In this document: one piece after another, positions 37,780 through 48,089 of the stretch
How the letters are laid out: each line of letters opens with the position of its first letter
Position numbering within the stretch: the stretch's first letter is position 1
Source: a virus
Taxonomy: Duplodnaviria; Caudoviricetes
IMG/VR virus record: IMGVR_UViG_3300029288_007102
Span: 119,209-183,208 of that record
Reading direction: 5' to 3' (one strand)
Length of the DNA: 64,000 bases
Program-made: the position numbers and the translations under genes
Notes under the pieces: model-generated
What the model was told of the DNA's origin: nothing
Seen by the model: the letters and a program-made list of their open reading frames with translations, nothing else
Databases searched by the model: none

Positions 37780-39093
37780 ATGTTTAGTCTAGCGACAACG
37801 GTGTTGGGTGTAGTTGCGGGTTTGTTTCTTGTTGGGGTTCTATTGGTAATTTTGGGTTTGAGGTTTATAATTGTTCCTGCCAACGAGTGCCATGTGAGAA
37901 TAATGTTTAACAGTATCTCTTATTTTTCTAAAAGGGAAGGGAAGTCTTCTTATTGGAAAATCCCTATTATTACTAAAGTACATAGATTACCCCTTTCTAA
38001 CTTAGCTGTTCCGGTTAATGACATTAAGCTTAATGATAAGAATATGGCTAAGTTTGTTTGTGATGTTGTTTGTTTTATTACAATCAAAGATCTTCCTTTG
38101 GCGGTTGAGAGGTTGATGTTGACGACTGCCCAGGAAGAACTGGGGTTTGACTTTTCTAAATTGGCGGAGGATTTCCGGGCGATCATTGAAAGTGTTGGTA
38201 GGACTACTGTTACCAAGAGTAGTATCTTAGAGATCTATATGAACAGACAGATTTTGGATGATGCTATAACCAAAGAAGTGCAATCGGTATTCCCGAAATG
38301 GGGCGTAGAGTTGATAGATCTTGAATTAAAGGATTTGAAAGATGCCCAGGAGAGTACTATTATCCAAGACATTGAACGGAAGGTTGCTTCTGAAATTCGG
38401 AGAGATGCGGAGATAATGGTCGCTACTACGAATAGGGAGGCTGAAGTTGCCAAGGCTGAGGCTGAGGAGACCTACCGGAAAAGACAGATAGAAAAAGATA
38501 AGCAGATAGGTATTTCTGAACAGAAAAAGAAACAGGAGATTGCAGACGAAGAAGCTACGGCTAATATGAAAACGATAGAGGCCATAAGAAAGATGGAGGT
38601 TGGTGGAGCGGAAATCGCTAAACAGATCGTGGAGCAGCAGGCTCAAGCGGAAAAGATAAGAGCCGTAACGGTTGCAGAAGGCGAAGCAAACTCTGTTAAA
38701 ATCAGAGCTGATGCTGAGAAGGCGAGACTTACCGCTCAAGGTGAAGGTGAAGGAAAAGCCAACAATGCCAGGCTGACTGGTGAAGCGGAAGGTCTTTCTA
38801 GGAAGGCTGACGCCTTAAAGAAATATGAAGAGGCGGCGAAGTTGTCTCTACTGCTTGATACTTTAAAACCTATTGCCGAGAATTTCGCCAGAGCGGCGGA
38901 AAAGATAAAGATTGACCAGGTTGTAGTCGTTGATGGTGGTGGTGCGGATAGTTCTTTGAAGAGGACTATGACGGCTATCCCCGGAGCAGCAGCGGAACTT
39001 TTTAATACTTTAAAAGTGGCGACTGGGATTGATCTTAAGGCTTTGATTGAGGGAGCCTTGACGAAGCAGACAAAGACGGAAATACCTAAGTAG
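37780..39093 (+). CDS. SPFH/flotillin family membrane protein
   Basis: N-terminal TM, IIVPANE, band-7 core, AEAE/AEGEA coiled-coil repeats. Confidence 0.9.
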   Translation: MFSLATTVLGVVAGLFLVGVLLVILGLRFIIVPANECHVRIMFNSISYFSKREGKSSYWKIPIITKVHRLPLSNLAVPVNDIKLNDKNMAKFVCDVVCFITIKDLPLAVERLMLTTAQEELGFDFSKLAEDFRAIIESVGRTTVTKSSILEIYMNRQILDDAITKEVQSVFPKWGVELIDLELKDLKDAQESTIIQDIERKVASEIRRDAEIMVATTNREAEVAKAEAEETYRKRQIEKDKQIGISEQKKKQEIADEEATANMKTIEAIRKMEVGGAEIAKQIVEQQAQAEKIRAVTVAEGEANSVKIRADAEKARLTAQGEGEGKANNARLTGEAEGLSRKADALKKYEEAAKLSLLLDTLKPIAENFARAAEKIKIDQVVVVDGGGADSSLKRTMTAIPGAAAELFNTLKVATGIDLKALIEGALTKQTKTEIPK

Positions 39094-39107
39094 ATGGGGG
39101 AGAATAG

Positions 39108-39446
39108 ATGAATGGATTCCTAGCTTTGATCTTTGGACATTTCATCGCCGACTGGGCGTTGCAGAACGACTTTGTGGCACAAAATAAAGGTAAGGTTTGG
39201 TTTGTTATGTTTGCTCATTGTATGATCTGGACTGGCGTTATTTGTTTCCTCTTATCTTATATGGAAGTCTTTGCCTGGTGGAAGTTTTGGTTTCTGCTCA
39301 TAGGCCACTGGTTTGTGGACAAACATAAGACAAGTAATCTGCGGCCTGAGGATTCTGGGGTAGATGCTTACGATTGGAATATGCGATTGTTGTATGGGGA
39401 CCAGGCGTGGCACATCTTGCAGGTGATTGTTGTAGGATTGTTATAA
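39108..39446 (+). CDS. DUF3307-like membrane protein
   Basis: GHFIADWALQ, HCMIW, HWFVD..K, DQAWH. Confidence 0.8.
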   Translation: MNGFLALIFGHFIADWALQNDFVAQNKGKVWFVMFAHCMIWTGVICFLLSYMEVFAWWKFWFLLIGHWFVDKHKTSNLRPEDSGVDAYDWNMRLLYGDQAWHILQVIVVGLL

Positions 39447-39879
39447 GGGTGGGGGAATGAAGACGATCTATAAAAAATATAAAATCCCTTTTGTGTTTTA
39501 TGGAGAGGTTGTGATAGAGGCTGAAGGGAACTCTGATGCAGAAGATTATGCGTGTGGCATAATTATGAATGCTTTTGCCCGAGCTAAAGGATCTGTAGAT
39601 CTAATGGCGATTACTCTGAATAGTTATAAGAGTGAAGAGGCGGTAGAATTAAAAGAAGAGGATATAAAAGGGAGTGAGAATGAAAAATAATTGTTTCCAA
39701 TGTGAGTTCAAAGAAAGTATCCCAGGAGATTGTCATATTAGCTGTAAGAATCCGGATCCTAATATGAGGGGGAATTTGCACGGAGTGAGGAATGGTTGGT
39801 TTATGTATCCCTGGAATTTCGACCCGGTGTGGGCAGAAGTTAAGTGTAAAAATTATAAAAAAGTAAAGGGAGGGAAGTA

Positions 39880-40593
39880 ATGTCTTTTAAGACTATTCCG
39901 TTACTGAGAGGGTTCTCGGAGATAGAAAGATTGTACGGAGAGATCACGGCAAGAAAATCTATTATCTGTGGTGGGTATGCCAGGTATTGTGCTTCCCCTG
40001 CGGAAAATCCTGAGAGGCCGGGGGATGTGGATGTTTTTCCTTTAGAGGAAACTGCCTTTCAAGAGGTCAAGGCATTCCTCTTAGTCGAGGGGTTTGAAGT
40101 TAGGCACGAGAATGAAATCTCTCTTACCTTTAAGAAACACAAGGATCCAAAGTGGGTAGCTTGCCCAACCATCCAATTGATCAAGCCTATGGTTGAAGGC
40201 AAGGTCGTAACCTTGGGTGATATGGAAAAGATCCTGGAGAACTTTGACTTTACAGTTGTCCGGGCGGGGATTGTTTCTCCTAAAGAGGTTCTGGTGGATG
40301 AGGACTTTGAACAGGATGAGAAGAGGAGAGTTCTTGTCTTTAAGAATATACATTGCCCGATCAGTTCAACCTTCCGGGTGATTAAGTATACCCAGAGAGG
40401 TTATTGGATCCGCCCGCTTGAAGTATTGAAGCTGTTCTTGGATTGGGAGAGCCGGGGTATTGAGTACCGTCGGGAAATAATAGAGTTGTTTAAGAAGTCG
40501 GAGAGTTTTGACTCTACTAAGCCTGAGGGCGAACAGGGTGGGCTTACCAAAGAAGAGATCCAGGATCTGGAAAAGTTGATGAGGATAGATTGA
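39880..40593 (+). CDS. CCA-adding/poly(A) polymerase head-like nucleotidyltransferase
   Basis: ICGGYARY, GDVDVF, FDFTV, RVIKYTQRGY. Confidence 0.65.
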   Translation: MSFKTIPLLRGFSEIERLYGEITARKSIICGGYARYCASPAENPERPGDVDVFPLEETAFQEVKAFLLVEGFEVRHENEISLTFKKHKDPKWVACPTIQLIKPMVEGKVVTLGDMEKILENFDFTVVRAGIVSPKEVLVDEDFEQDEKRRVLVFKNIHCPISSTFRVIKYTQRGYWIRPLEVLKLFLDWESRGIEYRREIIELFKKSESFDSTKPEGEQGGLTKEEIQDLEKLMRID

Positions 40594-41040
40594 TGAAGAA
40601 TAAAAGAGTGTCCAAATTATTCACCCAGAAAGAGATGGCTTGTATCTATGCGGGGTTGATCCAGTCAGCAGAGACGGGTTTTAGGGATACTTTTGATTTT
40701 GAGCGGTTGAATGATTTAATTAAAAAGAATTGGTCGTTTAAAGAATTGATGATAATAAAGAGGGAGGCTTGGGGGATAAGAAGTAAGTTGATGGAGTGGG
40801 AGTTGGAAGTTGCAGTTCATAAGGAGGCGTAGGTGGAGAAGCAATATGCCTGTAGGGTATGTGGATTTGTTCATGACGATTCCACTAAAGTTCGTAAGAG
40901 AATAGATTTTGAAGACAAGGGTTGGTGGGGATTTTTATTCTTATCTTACTCTTTTCACGGTTACATCACTAGCAGAACTTGTCCTGAGTGTGGGAATATA
41001 AGATTTATTAAAAGAGAAGAAGATAAGAAGGAGGGGATAA

Positions 41041-41394
41041 ATGGAAGAAGAATTGAAGGATAAGATCAAATTAGAGGTGGAAATTAAAGGAGATAGATTT
41101 TTTTATTCTTGGGAAATTGGAAGCTCAAAACAAAGCTCATCCTGTTTGTTGGGGTCTGACAATTTTGCTTCCTTCTCATAGTTAGTTGATGCCTGTAATA
41201 GGTCTTGGCAAAGTGATAGAGAGGGCAAGGAGTTGAGTCTTCGTCTTAGGCTAATGGCAGCTGCCGATGCCGGACTTGTTTCCAGGGGAGAGTTCTTTAA
41301 GAAATTAGAATCCCTCTTTAAGGAAAATGGGATTAAAAATAGTGAAGCTCTTATGAAACTTATAGATCAAGCATTAGAGAGGAAGGGGGAATAA
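41041..41394 (+). pseudogene. 117-codon ORF interrupted by one in-frame TAG (41179-81)
   Basis: GGAGG RBS, open before and after the TAG, TAA abuts the next ATG. Confidence 0.55.
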
Positions 41395-42525
41395 ATGAGT
41401 TCAGTAATTGTTAAAATTTGTCCTGTAAAAGAAATAAAACCGCATACAAATTCGGATAGTTTAGAGTTAGCAATTGTGGATGCTTGGCAGGTGGTGGTGA
41501 GGAAAGGTGAACTTAATGTTGGGGATTTAGTTGTCAACTTCCCGGCAGACAGTGTTCTACCTATAACCCTCTCTGATCGTATTGGTGTAACTAAATATTT
41601 AAGTAAACAGAGAATAAAAGCTATCCGGTTGCGTGGGGAGTATTCCAACTCTCTGGCCATTCCTCTTAAAGAATTTCCGGAGTTCCAGGATAAAGCGGTA
41701 GGGGAGAATGTGGCGGATCTTTTGGGGGTGAGCAAGTATGAGCCTCCTATGGATTTGTCTAGTGGAGATATGGAGACGCCGCATCCGGCATTCCATCTTT
41801 ATACGGAAATTGAGAACTTTCGGAACTATCCTGACTTGATTCCGGATGATGTGGAAGTAATCGTGACAGAGAAGATTCATGGTACCAATGACCGGGTGGG
41901 GCTGATTGATGTGGAGAGTCCTGCTGCTATAGTTGAAAGTTTAGATCCGTTGGTACTCGGAGCTCCTACGGTTAAAATAGATGAAGACTTTATGGCGGGT
42001 AGTCACAAGACCCGGAAGAAATTGATAGAGGTAGAGAATATGAAAGCCAATCTTTATTGGCATCCACTTTCTGATGTGGCGGTTAGAGATATGCTAGTGG
42101 CTATCAAACATGAATATAAAGCTAAAGCGGTTATCTTATTCTCTGAGGTTTATGGCTGGGTTCAGGATCTTAAGTATGGTTGTGCTAAAGGCCAGATAAC
42201 CTATGCGGCTTTTGATATTTCGGTTGACGGGAAGTATCTGAGCTATGATGACTTTGTTAAGTGGACGGCTCAGTATCCTGTAAAGGTCGTGCCTATCATT
42301 ACCAGGATCAAGATGGGGGACCTTAAAAAGGAAGGTTTAGATAAATACGCAGAAGGGAATACATTCATCTGCCGGGATAAGGAAGAAGCTGCGGTGCCTC
42401 AGATGAGAGAAGGCATTGTGATCAAGCCCGCTAAGGAGATGTGGGACCCGGCAGTGGGCAGAGTAATCCTGAAATATTTAAGTAATGAATACCTTACCCG
42501 TAAGGGTGGAACGGAATACAAATAA
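41395..42525 (+). CDS. RNA ligase, DRB0094 family (tRNA-binding OB + ATP-grasp)
   Basis: PHTNSDSLELA..WQVVV, RLRGEYS, TEKIHGTN, FDI, REGIVIKP, LKYLS..YL. Confidence 0.9.
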   Translation: MSSVIVKICPVKEIKPHTNSDSLELAIVDAWQVVVRKGELNVGDLVVNFPADSVLPITLSDRIGVTKYLSKQRIKAIRLRGEYSNSLAIPLKEFPEFQDKAVGENVADLLGVSKYEPPMDLSSGDMETPHPAFHLYTEIENFRNYPDLIPDDVEVIVTEKIHGTNDRVGLIDVESPAAIVESLDPLVLGAPTVKIDEDFMAGSHKTRKKLIEVENMKANLYWHPLSDVAVRDMLVAIKHEYKAKAVILFSEVYGWVQDLKYGCAKGQITYAAFDISVDGKYLSYDDFVKWTAQYPVKVVPIITRIKMGDLKKEGLDKYAEGNTFICRDKEEAAVPQMREGIVIKPAKEMWDPAVGRVILKYLSNEYLTRKGGTEYK

Positions 42526-42801
42526 TGGAAGACCTGAACCGGGAGTTTGAGGGGAAGCGGTTAATTTTTTGTAAGGACTGTCTCTTCTATTTTTTACAGA
42601 ATGATGATTATAGTAGTGAGGATTGTTTGTGCCCCACACTAAAGAAAATCGGGAAGGATTATCATGGGACTTGGTGGGTCTTCGCTGAACCGAAAGAGGT
42701 TAATAAAAATAATGACTGCAAGTATTTCCGTAGGCCTGTAGGTTTTAAAGAGAAGTGGCTTCATTTTTGGAGACGTTAAAAAAAAAGAAAAGGAGGGAAA
42801 G

Positions 42802-43395
42802 ATGTTGAAGTGGGTTTTGATTATCGGTGCAATGATTGTCGGTGTTGTTTTTATTGTTGGTCTATCTGTTGTGGGTATGTATAATGGTTTAGTTGCTCAG
42901 GAAGAGACAGTGAAGACTGCCTGGTCGCAAGTGGAGAACGTCTATCAGCGGAGGAGCGATCTGATTCCTAACCTGGTAGCGACAGTTAAAGGGTATGCTG
43001 TACATGAGCATGACACCTTTGTCCAGCTGGCAAATGCCCGGGCGAGCGTAGGTAAGATGGATATGGGAAGTGTAATTAACGATCCGGAAAAATTTGCTCA
43101 ATTCCAAAAGGCTCAAGGGGAGATTAGTTCTGCTTTGACCAGATTGCTTGTATCTGTAGAGGCTTATCCGACATTAAAGGCTAATGAGGGGTTCTTGGCT
43201 TTACAGAGTCAGCTTGAAGGTACAGAGAATAGGATTACTATAGAACGGCAGAGATATAATGAGGCGGCTAAGGTCTTTGGTATTTCTGTCCGCAGGTTCC
43301 CGACAAACATCCTGGCGGGGATATTTGGTTTTAAGGCGAAGGCTTATTTTGAAGCAGAGCAAGGATCCAAGGAAGTGCCAAAGGTTAAGTTCTAA
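42802..43395 (+). CDS. lemA: LemA family protein
   Basis: YNGLV, WSQVENVYQRRSDLIPNLV, EAYPTLKAN, LEGTENRI. Confidence 0.95.
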   Translation: MLKWVLIIGAMIVGVVFIVGLSVVGMYNGLVAQEETVKTAWSQVENVYQRRSDLIPNLVATVKGYAVHEHDTFVQLANARASVGKMDMGSVINDPEKFAQFQKAQGEISSALTRLLVSVEAYPTLKANEGFLALQSQLEGTENRITIERQRYNEAAKVFGISVRRFPTNILAGIFGFKAKAYFEAEQGSKEVPKVKF

Positions 43396-43416
43396 ATAAA
43401 ATGTGGGGGGGATAAT

Positions 43417-43767
43417 ATGCAAGATGATGAAGTTGTAGATTCGAAAGCAGGGGCTTTTATTTCTTCGTTGAAGAGGAACAACCGCCAGATCAGGGCTGAT
43501 CGTGCGGAGGCAATAGGTGAGGACGCCAAGCTTGTATATAAACGTAGGGTGGAAGACCTGGAAATGAGCATTAAGAAGATGAAGAGGGACCAAGAGAATA
43601 TGTTGGATATGTCTCCTTCTGATGCACAGAGTCTGGTGTTGGCTAGTGATTTTAAGGCTGACCAATATGCGGCTAAAGATATAGATCTTAGTCGTCAGAT
43701 CCGGGACGCAGAGATCACCCTGGAGTTGGCCAAGAAACGTTTTGCATACCTGTTTGGGGAGGAATAA
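43417..43767 (+). CDS. coiled-coil protein of the vWA/PurA cassette
   Basis: Helical 116 aa, coupled to the vWA gene. Confidence 0.6.
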   Translation: MQDDEVVDSKAGAFISSLKRNNRQIRADRAEAIGEDAKLVYKRRVEDLEMSIKKMKRDQENMLDMSPSDAQSLVLASDFKADQYAAKDIDLSRQIRDAEITLELAKKRFAYLFGEE

Positions 43768-43769
43768 TT

Positions 43770-44624
43770 ATGGGTGGTGGGAGTTATTCAAGTACAGATA
43801 GAAAGATAAGGGCTACCGCTAGCGGGTTTTACGATAAGGCCCCTGGGGAAATCTTTAAAGAAAAAAGTGTTAACAACGCAATGAGCCCTTACGGGATTAA
43901 GTTAAGAGAATCCCGGGATTCTGCCGAGCATCCAAATAGTGTGGCTATAATTATTGCTTTGGATGTAACGGGTTCTATGGGCTCTATCCCGCATCATTTG
44001 GTGAAGGATGGGCTTCCAGAAGTAATGGACGGCATTATGAAGGCGGGAGTCAAAGATCCCCAGGTTTTGTTCCTTGGAGTAGGAGATCATGAATGTGATT
44101 CTGCTCCGCTCCAGGTTGGCCAATTTGAATCAAGTGATGAGTTGCTTGACAAATGGTTGACCTCTGTTTTCTTGGAGGGTGGTGGTGGGGGGAACTTGGG
44201 GGAAAGTTATTCTCTCGCATGGTATTTTGCGGGGCAGCACACTTCTATTGATTGTTGGGAAAAGCGGAAACAAAAGGGGTTCTTGTTTACTATTGGCGAT
44301 GAGCCAGTGTTAAGAAGGATGCCAAAGTCTTTCTTGAAATCAATGATGGGGGATGGTCAGTTCCAGGATTATGATGCTGCGGAATTATTATCTAAGGCCA
44401 GGGAAACATATAATGTTTACCATATCCATGTGCGGGAAGGTCATAATGGCTCCCGGCAAGAAGTGATCGATAGTTGGAAGCAGTTGATGAGAGATAATCT
44501 TATCATCGCTGAAAGGCATCAGGATATTTCTAAGATCATTGCTGAGATTATTAAGGGGGGCGTGGCTATGCCTATAGGGAGTGAAATAGCTGAGGGTAAA
44601 CCGGGAAAAGAGATCTTGCTGTGA
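43770..44624 (+). CDS. vWA domain protein
   Basis: MGGGSY N-terminus, DVTGSM (MIDAS), EGGGGGN, IGDE. Confidence 0.85.
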   Translation: MGGGSYSSTDRKIRATASGFYDKAPGEIFKEKSVNNAMSPYGIKLRESRDSAEHPNSVAIIIALDVTGSMGSIPHHLVKDGLPEVMDGIMKAGVKDPQVLFLGVGDHECDSAPLQVGQFESSDELLDKWLTSVFLEGGGGGNLGESYSLAWYFAGQHTSIDCWEKRKQKGFLFTIGDEPVLRRMPKSFLKSMMGDGQFQDYDAAELLSKARETYNVYHIHVREGHNGSRQEVIDSWKQLMRDNLIIAERHQDISKIIAEIIKGGVAMPIGSEIAEGKPGKEILL

Positions 44625-45757
44625 CGCATAAGGCTGTAATTGGACTTGGATTTGGGGATGAGGGAAAAGGGGCGGTGGTAGATTACCTCTGCTCCCTTAA
44701 CCCTTCATCTATAGTTGTAAGGTTCAATGGAGGCCATCAAGCTGGGCATACTGTTGTAAACGAGAATGGTCGTCATGTGCATTCAAATTTTGGATCTGGA
44801 ACTTTGAGGGGGAAGCCTACCTATTGGTCCCGCTTCTGTACGGTTAATCCGGTATCATTATTAAATGAGAGGGATACTTTTCCTAAAAAGGTTAAACCGA
44901 CATTGTATATAGAGGGGAAGTGTCCAATAACTACCCCTTATGATATTATGGCCAACCGATGGAATAAGAACAATTGTTCTCACGGGACTTGCGGTGTAGG
45001 GTTTGGGGAAACTATTAAGCGGGAAGAGAATCATTGCTCTTTGACTTTTTATGATTTATTTTATCCTGGGGTATTAAAGGAGAAGTTGAGGGCTATCCAT
45101 GAATATTATAAGTGGAAGATTTACTTAGATACTAAGGAGTTCGTGTCTGCCTGTCAGGAGTTGGTGAAGACTAAAGATGTTTATCTTACCGATGATAAGT
45201 TTTTATATTTTCGTAGTCCAACTGGATACAGTTTTATTTTTGAGGGGGCTCAGGGATTATTGTTGGATCAGAACTTTGGGTTCTTTCCTAACGTTACTAG
45301 GTCAAATACTGGCTATGCGAACATCTTTGCATTACTGCCGAGATATGTGGACGATTTGTATTTGGTTACCCGGGCATATCAAACCAGACATGGCAATGGA
45401 TATATGAGTAATGAAGATTTGCCCCATAATATAAAGGAAGACCCGCTTGAGACTAATCAGAGTAATGAGTGGCAAGGGGAGTTTAGGAGAGCGTTGCTTG
45501 ATGTTTCCTTATTGGAATATGGAATGGGTAAGGATCCTCACATCTCTGACCGTTATTCTTTAAGGAAGAGTTTGGTCATTACTTGTCTAGATCATATAAG
45601 AAAAGATTATAGATTTACTTATAAAGGAGAGATTGTTTATTGTAAGAATGAGAAGGATTTTGTTGGGAAGGTTGCTCGGCTGCTTAAGATTGAGACCGTA
45701 TATGTAAGTAAATCTAATGATTCTAGGAACATCCGCAAATTAATTGGAGAGGGCTGA
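44621..45757 (+). CDS. adenylosuccinate synthetase-like protein
   Basis: GDEGKG, RFNGGHQAGHT, GTCGVG, FEGAQGLLLD, YQTRHGNG, TCLD. Confidence 0.85.
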   Translation: MTHKAVIGLGFGDEGKGAVVDYLCSLNPSSIVVRFNGGHQAGHTVVNENGRHVHSNFGSGTLRGKPTYWSRFCTVNPVSLLNERDTFPKKVKPTLYIEGKCPITTPYDIMANRWNKNNCSHGTCGVGFGETIKREENHCSLTFYDLFYPGVLKEKLRAIHEYYKWKIYLDTKEFVSACQELVKTKDVYLTDDKFLYFRSPTGYSFIFEGAQGLLLDQNFGFFPNVTRSNTGYANIFALLPRYVDDLYLVTRAYQTRHGNGYMSNEDLPHNIKEDPLETNQSNEWQGEFRRALLDVSLLEYGMGKDPHISDRYSLRKSLVITCLDHIRKDYRFTYKGEIVYCKNEKDFVGKVARLLKIETVYVSKSNDSRNIRKLIGEG

Positions 45758-46027
45758 GGTGGGTGTTATGGGTAGAGGTAATACTATTGAAGAAACAATC
45801 TTGACTGGGTTGTTGTGGAACACAGTTGTTGATAAGAATATTAAGGTCCAGGATCTTAAGTCTTTGGCGATAGATCTTGCGGAGGGGATAAGACCATTCT
45901 TTTCAGATAAGGATGAGGAAATTGCTATTATTCTTAAAGGATGTGAGCCGCCGTTGCCAGAGAAAGAGATTGAAATTGCACTAAAGAGAATTTTGGAGAG
46001 TCTACAAAAGAAAATTAGGAGATAAAA

Positions 46028-46909
46028 ATGCGTTGTTATTTTCATACGGATATGGATGGTATTTGCTCTGCGGCTATAGTCTATAAGTTTTACAAACGTG
46101 ATAGAGATTACACTAAAGATATTGGTGAGGAATGTAAATTTATTCCTATTGATTATAAGGATGACTTTCCGTTTGATGAGATAACCCCTAATGAGACGGT
46201 AATATTTGTTGACTTCTCTTTACAAATGGAAGGTGGGTTCGAGAGATTAAAAAAGATAACTGATAAGATTATTTGGATAGATCACCACAAAACTGCTATA
46301 GAGAAACATAAAGGATTTGACTGTATTGGGATAAGAGAAGATGGTGTTGCCGGGTGTATATTAACCTGGCATTATTTTTATCCAGGGAAGAAAGTCCCAC
46401 TGGTTGTAGATATGTTAGGATCATATGATATATGGGATTTCTCTAAATATGGGGAGGACCTGAACAGATTACAGACTGGTATCCGGCTGGCCGAAACTAA
46501 TCCTGAGAGTGATAGGTGGGTAGAGTTATTAGAGACCGAGGGGCAGTTTGACAGGCTGACAAAGATCTTGGAGGATGGCTATACTGCCCTAAAGTACCGC
46601 AATAACTATTATGGTGGGCTTATTAAGTCCTGGGCTTTCTGGGCAGAGTTTGAGGGTTATAAGGCGATCTGTTGTAATATGGGGAGTACTTCCAGTCAAT
46701 TGTTTGATAGTGTTAAAGAGGATTATGACCTGATGATGCCCTTTGTCTTTGACGGGAAACAGTGGTCGGTCTCTATATATACTAAAAAGAAAGAGATAGA
46801 TGTCTCAGAGCTGGCCAAGAAATACAAAGGTGGTGGCCATAAAAATGCGGCAGGTTTTACTGTAAAGGAGTTACCATTCACTAAAATAGAGAAGAGGGGT
46901 GATCTGTAA
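46028..46909 (+). CDS. DHH/DHHA1 phosphoesterase (nanoRNase-like)
   Basis: HTDMDG, VDFS, IDHHKT, GGGHKNAAGF. Confidence 0.9.
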   Translation: MRCYFHTDMDGICSAAIVYKFYKRDRDYTKDIGEECKFIPIDYKDDFPFDEITPNETVIFVDFSLQMEGGFERLKKITDKIIWIDHHKTAIEKHKGFDCIGIREDGVAGCILTWHYFYPGKKVPLVVDMLGSYDIWDFSKYGEDLNRLQTGIRLAETNPESDRWVELLETEGQFDRLTKILEDGYTALKYRNNYYGGLIKSWAFWAEFEGYKAICCNMGSTSSQLFDSVKEDYDLMMPFVFDGKQWSVSIYTKKKEIDVSELAKKYKGGGHKNAAGFTVKELPFTKIEKRGDL

Positions 46910-47067
46910 TGGCGAGGCTGAGTATTAGCATAAAGAAGATGACGGAGAAGCAGGCTAAAGAGCTTCTGGAAAAAATCGTTATCCAATTAGATGAGTTGGA
47001 TGAGGAAGATTATTTCGGCACCGAGGGATGGAAGCATAGATTCGGTCTTGAGGAATAAGGAGGTTCT

Positions 47068-47604
47068 ATGGAAATTGGATGGATAATATTTTGGGTTGCC
47101 GTACTCTTGGTTACTTTAATAGAGATAGGATATGAGCATGGCCTGGCGACTACGGTAACTTTGATTATAAGTATAGTGGCGTATGTGATAACTGTAAGAC
47201 ACTTCCCTTATCAATGGTTTTTGGATTACTGGTATTTGCTTGTGTTGTATTTCCCTGTCGGGGTCCTCTGGTCGTTCAAAATGTGGGCGGATAAAATAAA
47301 AAAATCCCGGGATGAATATGAGGAGATAAAGATTCGGTGGGGAAAGAAAGATGCTTTAGGTAAAAAGACTTGGCAAGGGGGTTGGGAGTCTTATTTGCGT
47401 TCCCGGAATTTTGAAATACCTGAACTTGATAGATATAAAGGGGATATAGTTTGTTGGATTGCTTACTGGCCTTGGTCGGTTGTGGTGTATCTATTAAAAG
47501 ATGTAGTGCGGGAATTTTGTGAATGGGCTATTACCCATTTGAGAATGGTGTATGAACGGATTGCCGAGAGGTATCTTGGAGATATAATAAAAAAAGGAGA
47601 ATGA
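47068..47604 (+). CDS. multi-TM hypothetical protein
   Basis: Several hydrophobic helices, WIAYWPWS. Confidence 0.6.
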   Translation: MEIGWIIFWVAVLLVTLIEIGYEHGLATTVTLIISIVAYVITVRHFPYQWFLDYWYLLVLYFPVGVLWSFKMWADKIKKSRDEYEEIKIRWGKKDALGKKTWQGGWESYLRSRNFEIPELDRYKGDIVCWIAYWPWSVVVYLLKDVVREFCEWAITHLRMVYERIAERYLGDIIKKGE

Positions 47605-48071
47605 GAATGAAAAGTTTTAAACTGATGGGCTTTATGTTTGTCATTATGATGTTTGTTATGATGGGGTGTAGTAAAGATGAGGAGGACAAAACAGAATCAG
47701 ATCCAATCCCAGTACCAGTATCGACAGTGTCTGTCTATGTTACATCCGCTTTAACAAGGACAGATGCTCCTCTGTATTCAGCTAAGAATACAAGTGCATA
47801 TGTCGAAGTGATTTATGCAGGATCTGGAAATTTTTCTGTGTCATCTGTAAAGTTAGCTGGTGTTGAAATTCCTTATGATCCTGTTATTAGATACTATCTA
47901 TTAGACTGGGATAGTACACTTGTTACAGGATCTAATGTCAAACTAGAAATAGTTTCTTCATTAGGAACTTATTCAGTATCAGGAGCTTTACCAGCGGTTG
48001 GTTCAGGACAAGTTCAGATATCAGTCCCAGACTGTTTACAGGGGTCATATTTAACTTTAGCTCATAATTAA
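47601..48071 (+). CDS. putative lipoprotein
   Basis: Signal peptide ending MMGC; Ser/Val-rich beta domain. Confidence 0.65.
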   Translation: MRMKSFKLMGFMFVIMMFVMMGCSKDEEDKTESDPIPVPVSTVSVYVTSALTRTDAPLYSAKNTSAYVEVIYAGSGNFSVSSVKLAGVEIPYDPVIRYYLLDWDSTLVTGSNVKLEIVSSLGTYSVSGALPAVGSGQVQISVPDCLQGSYLTLAHN

Positions 48072-48089
48072 ATCTAACAGAAAAGGAGA

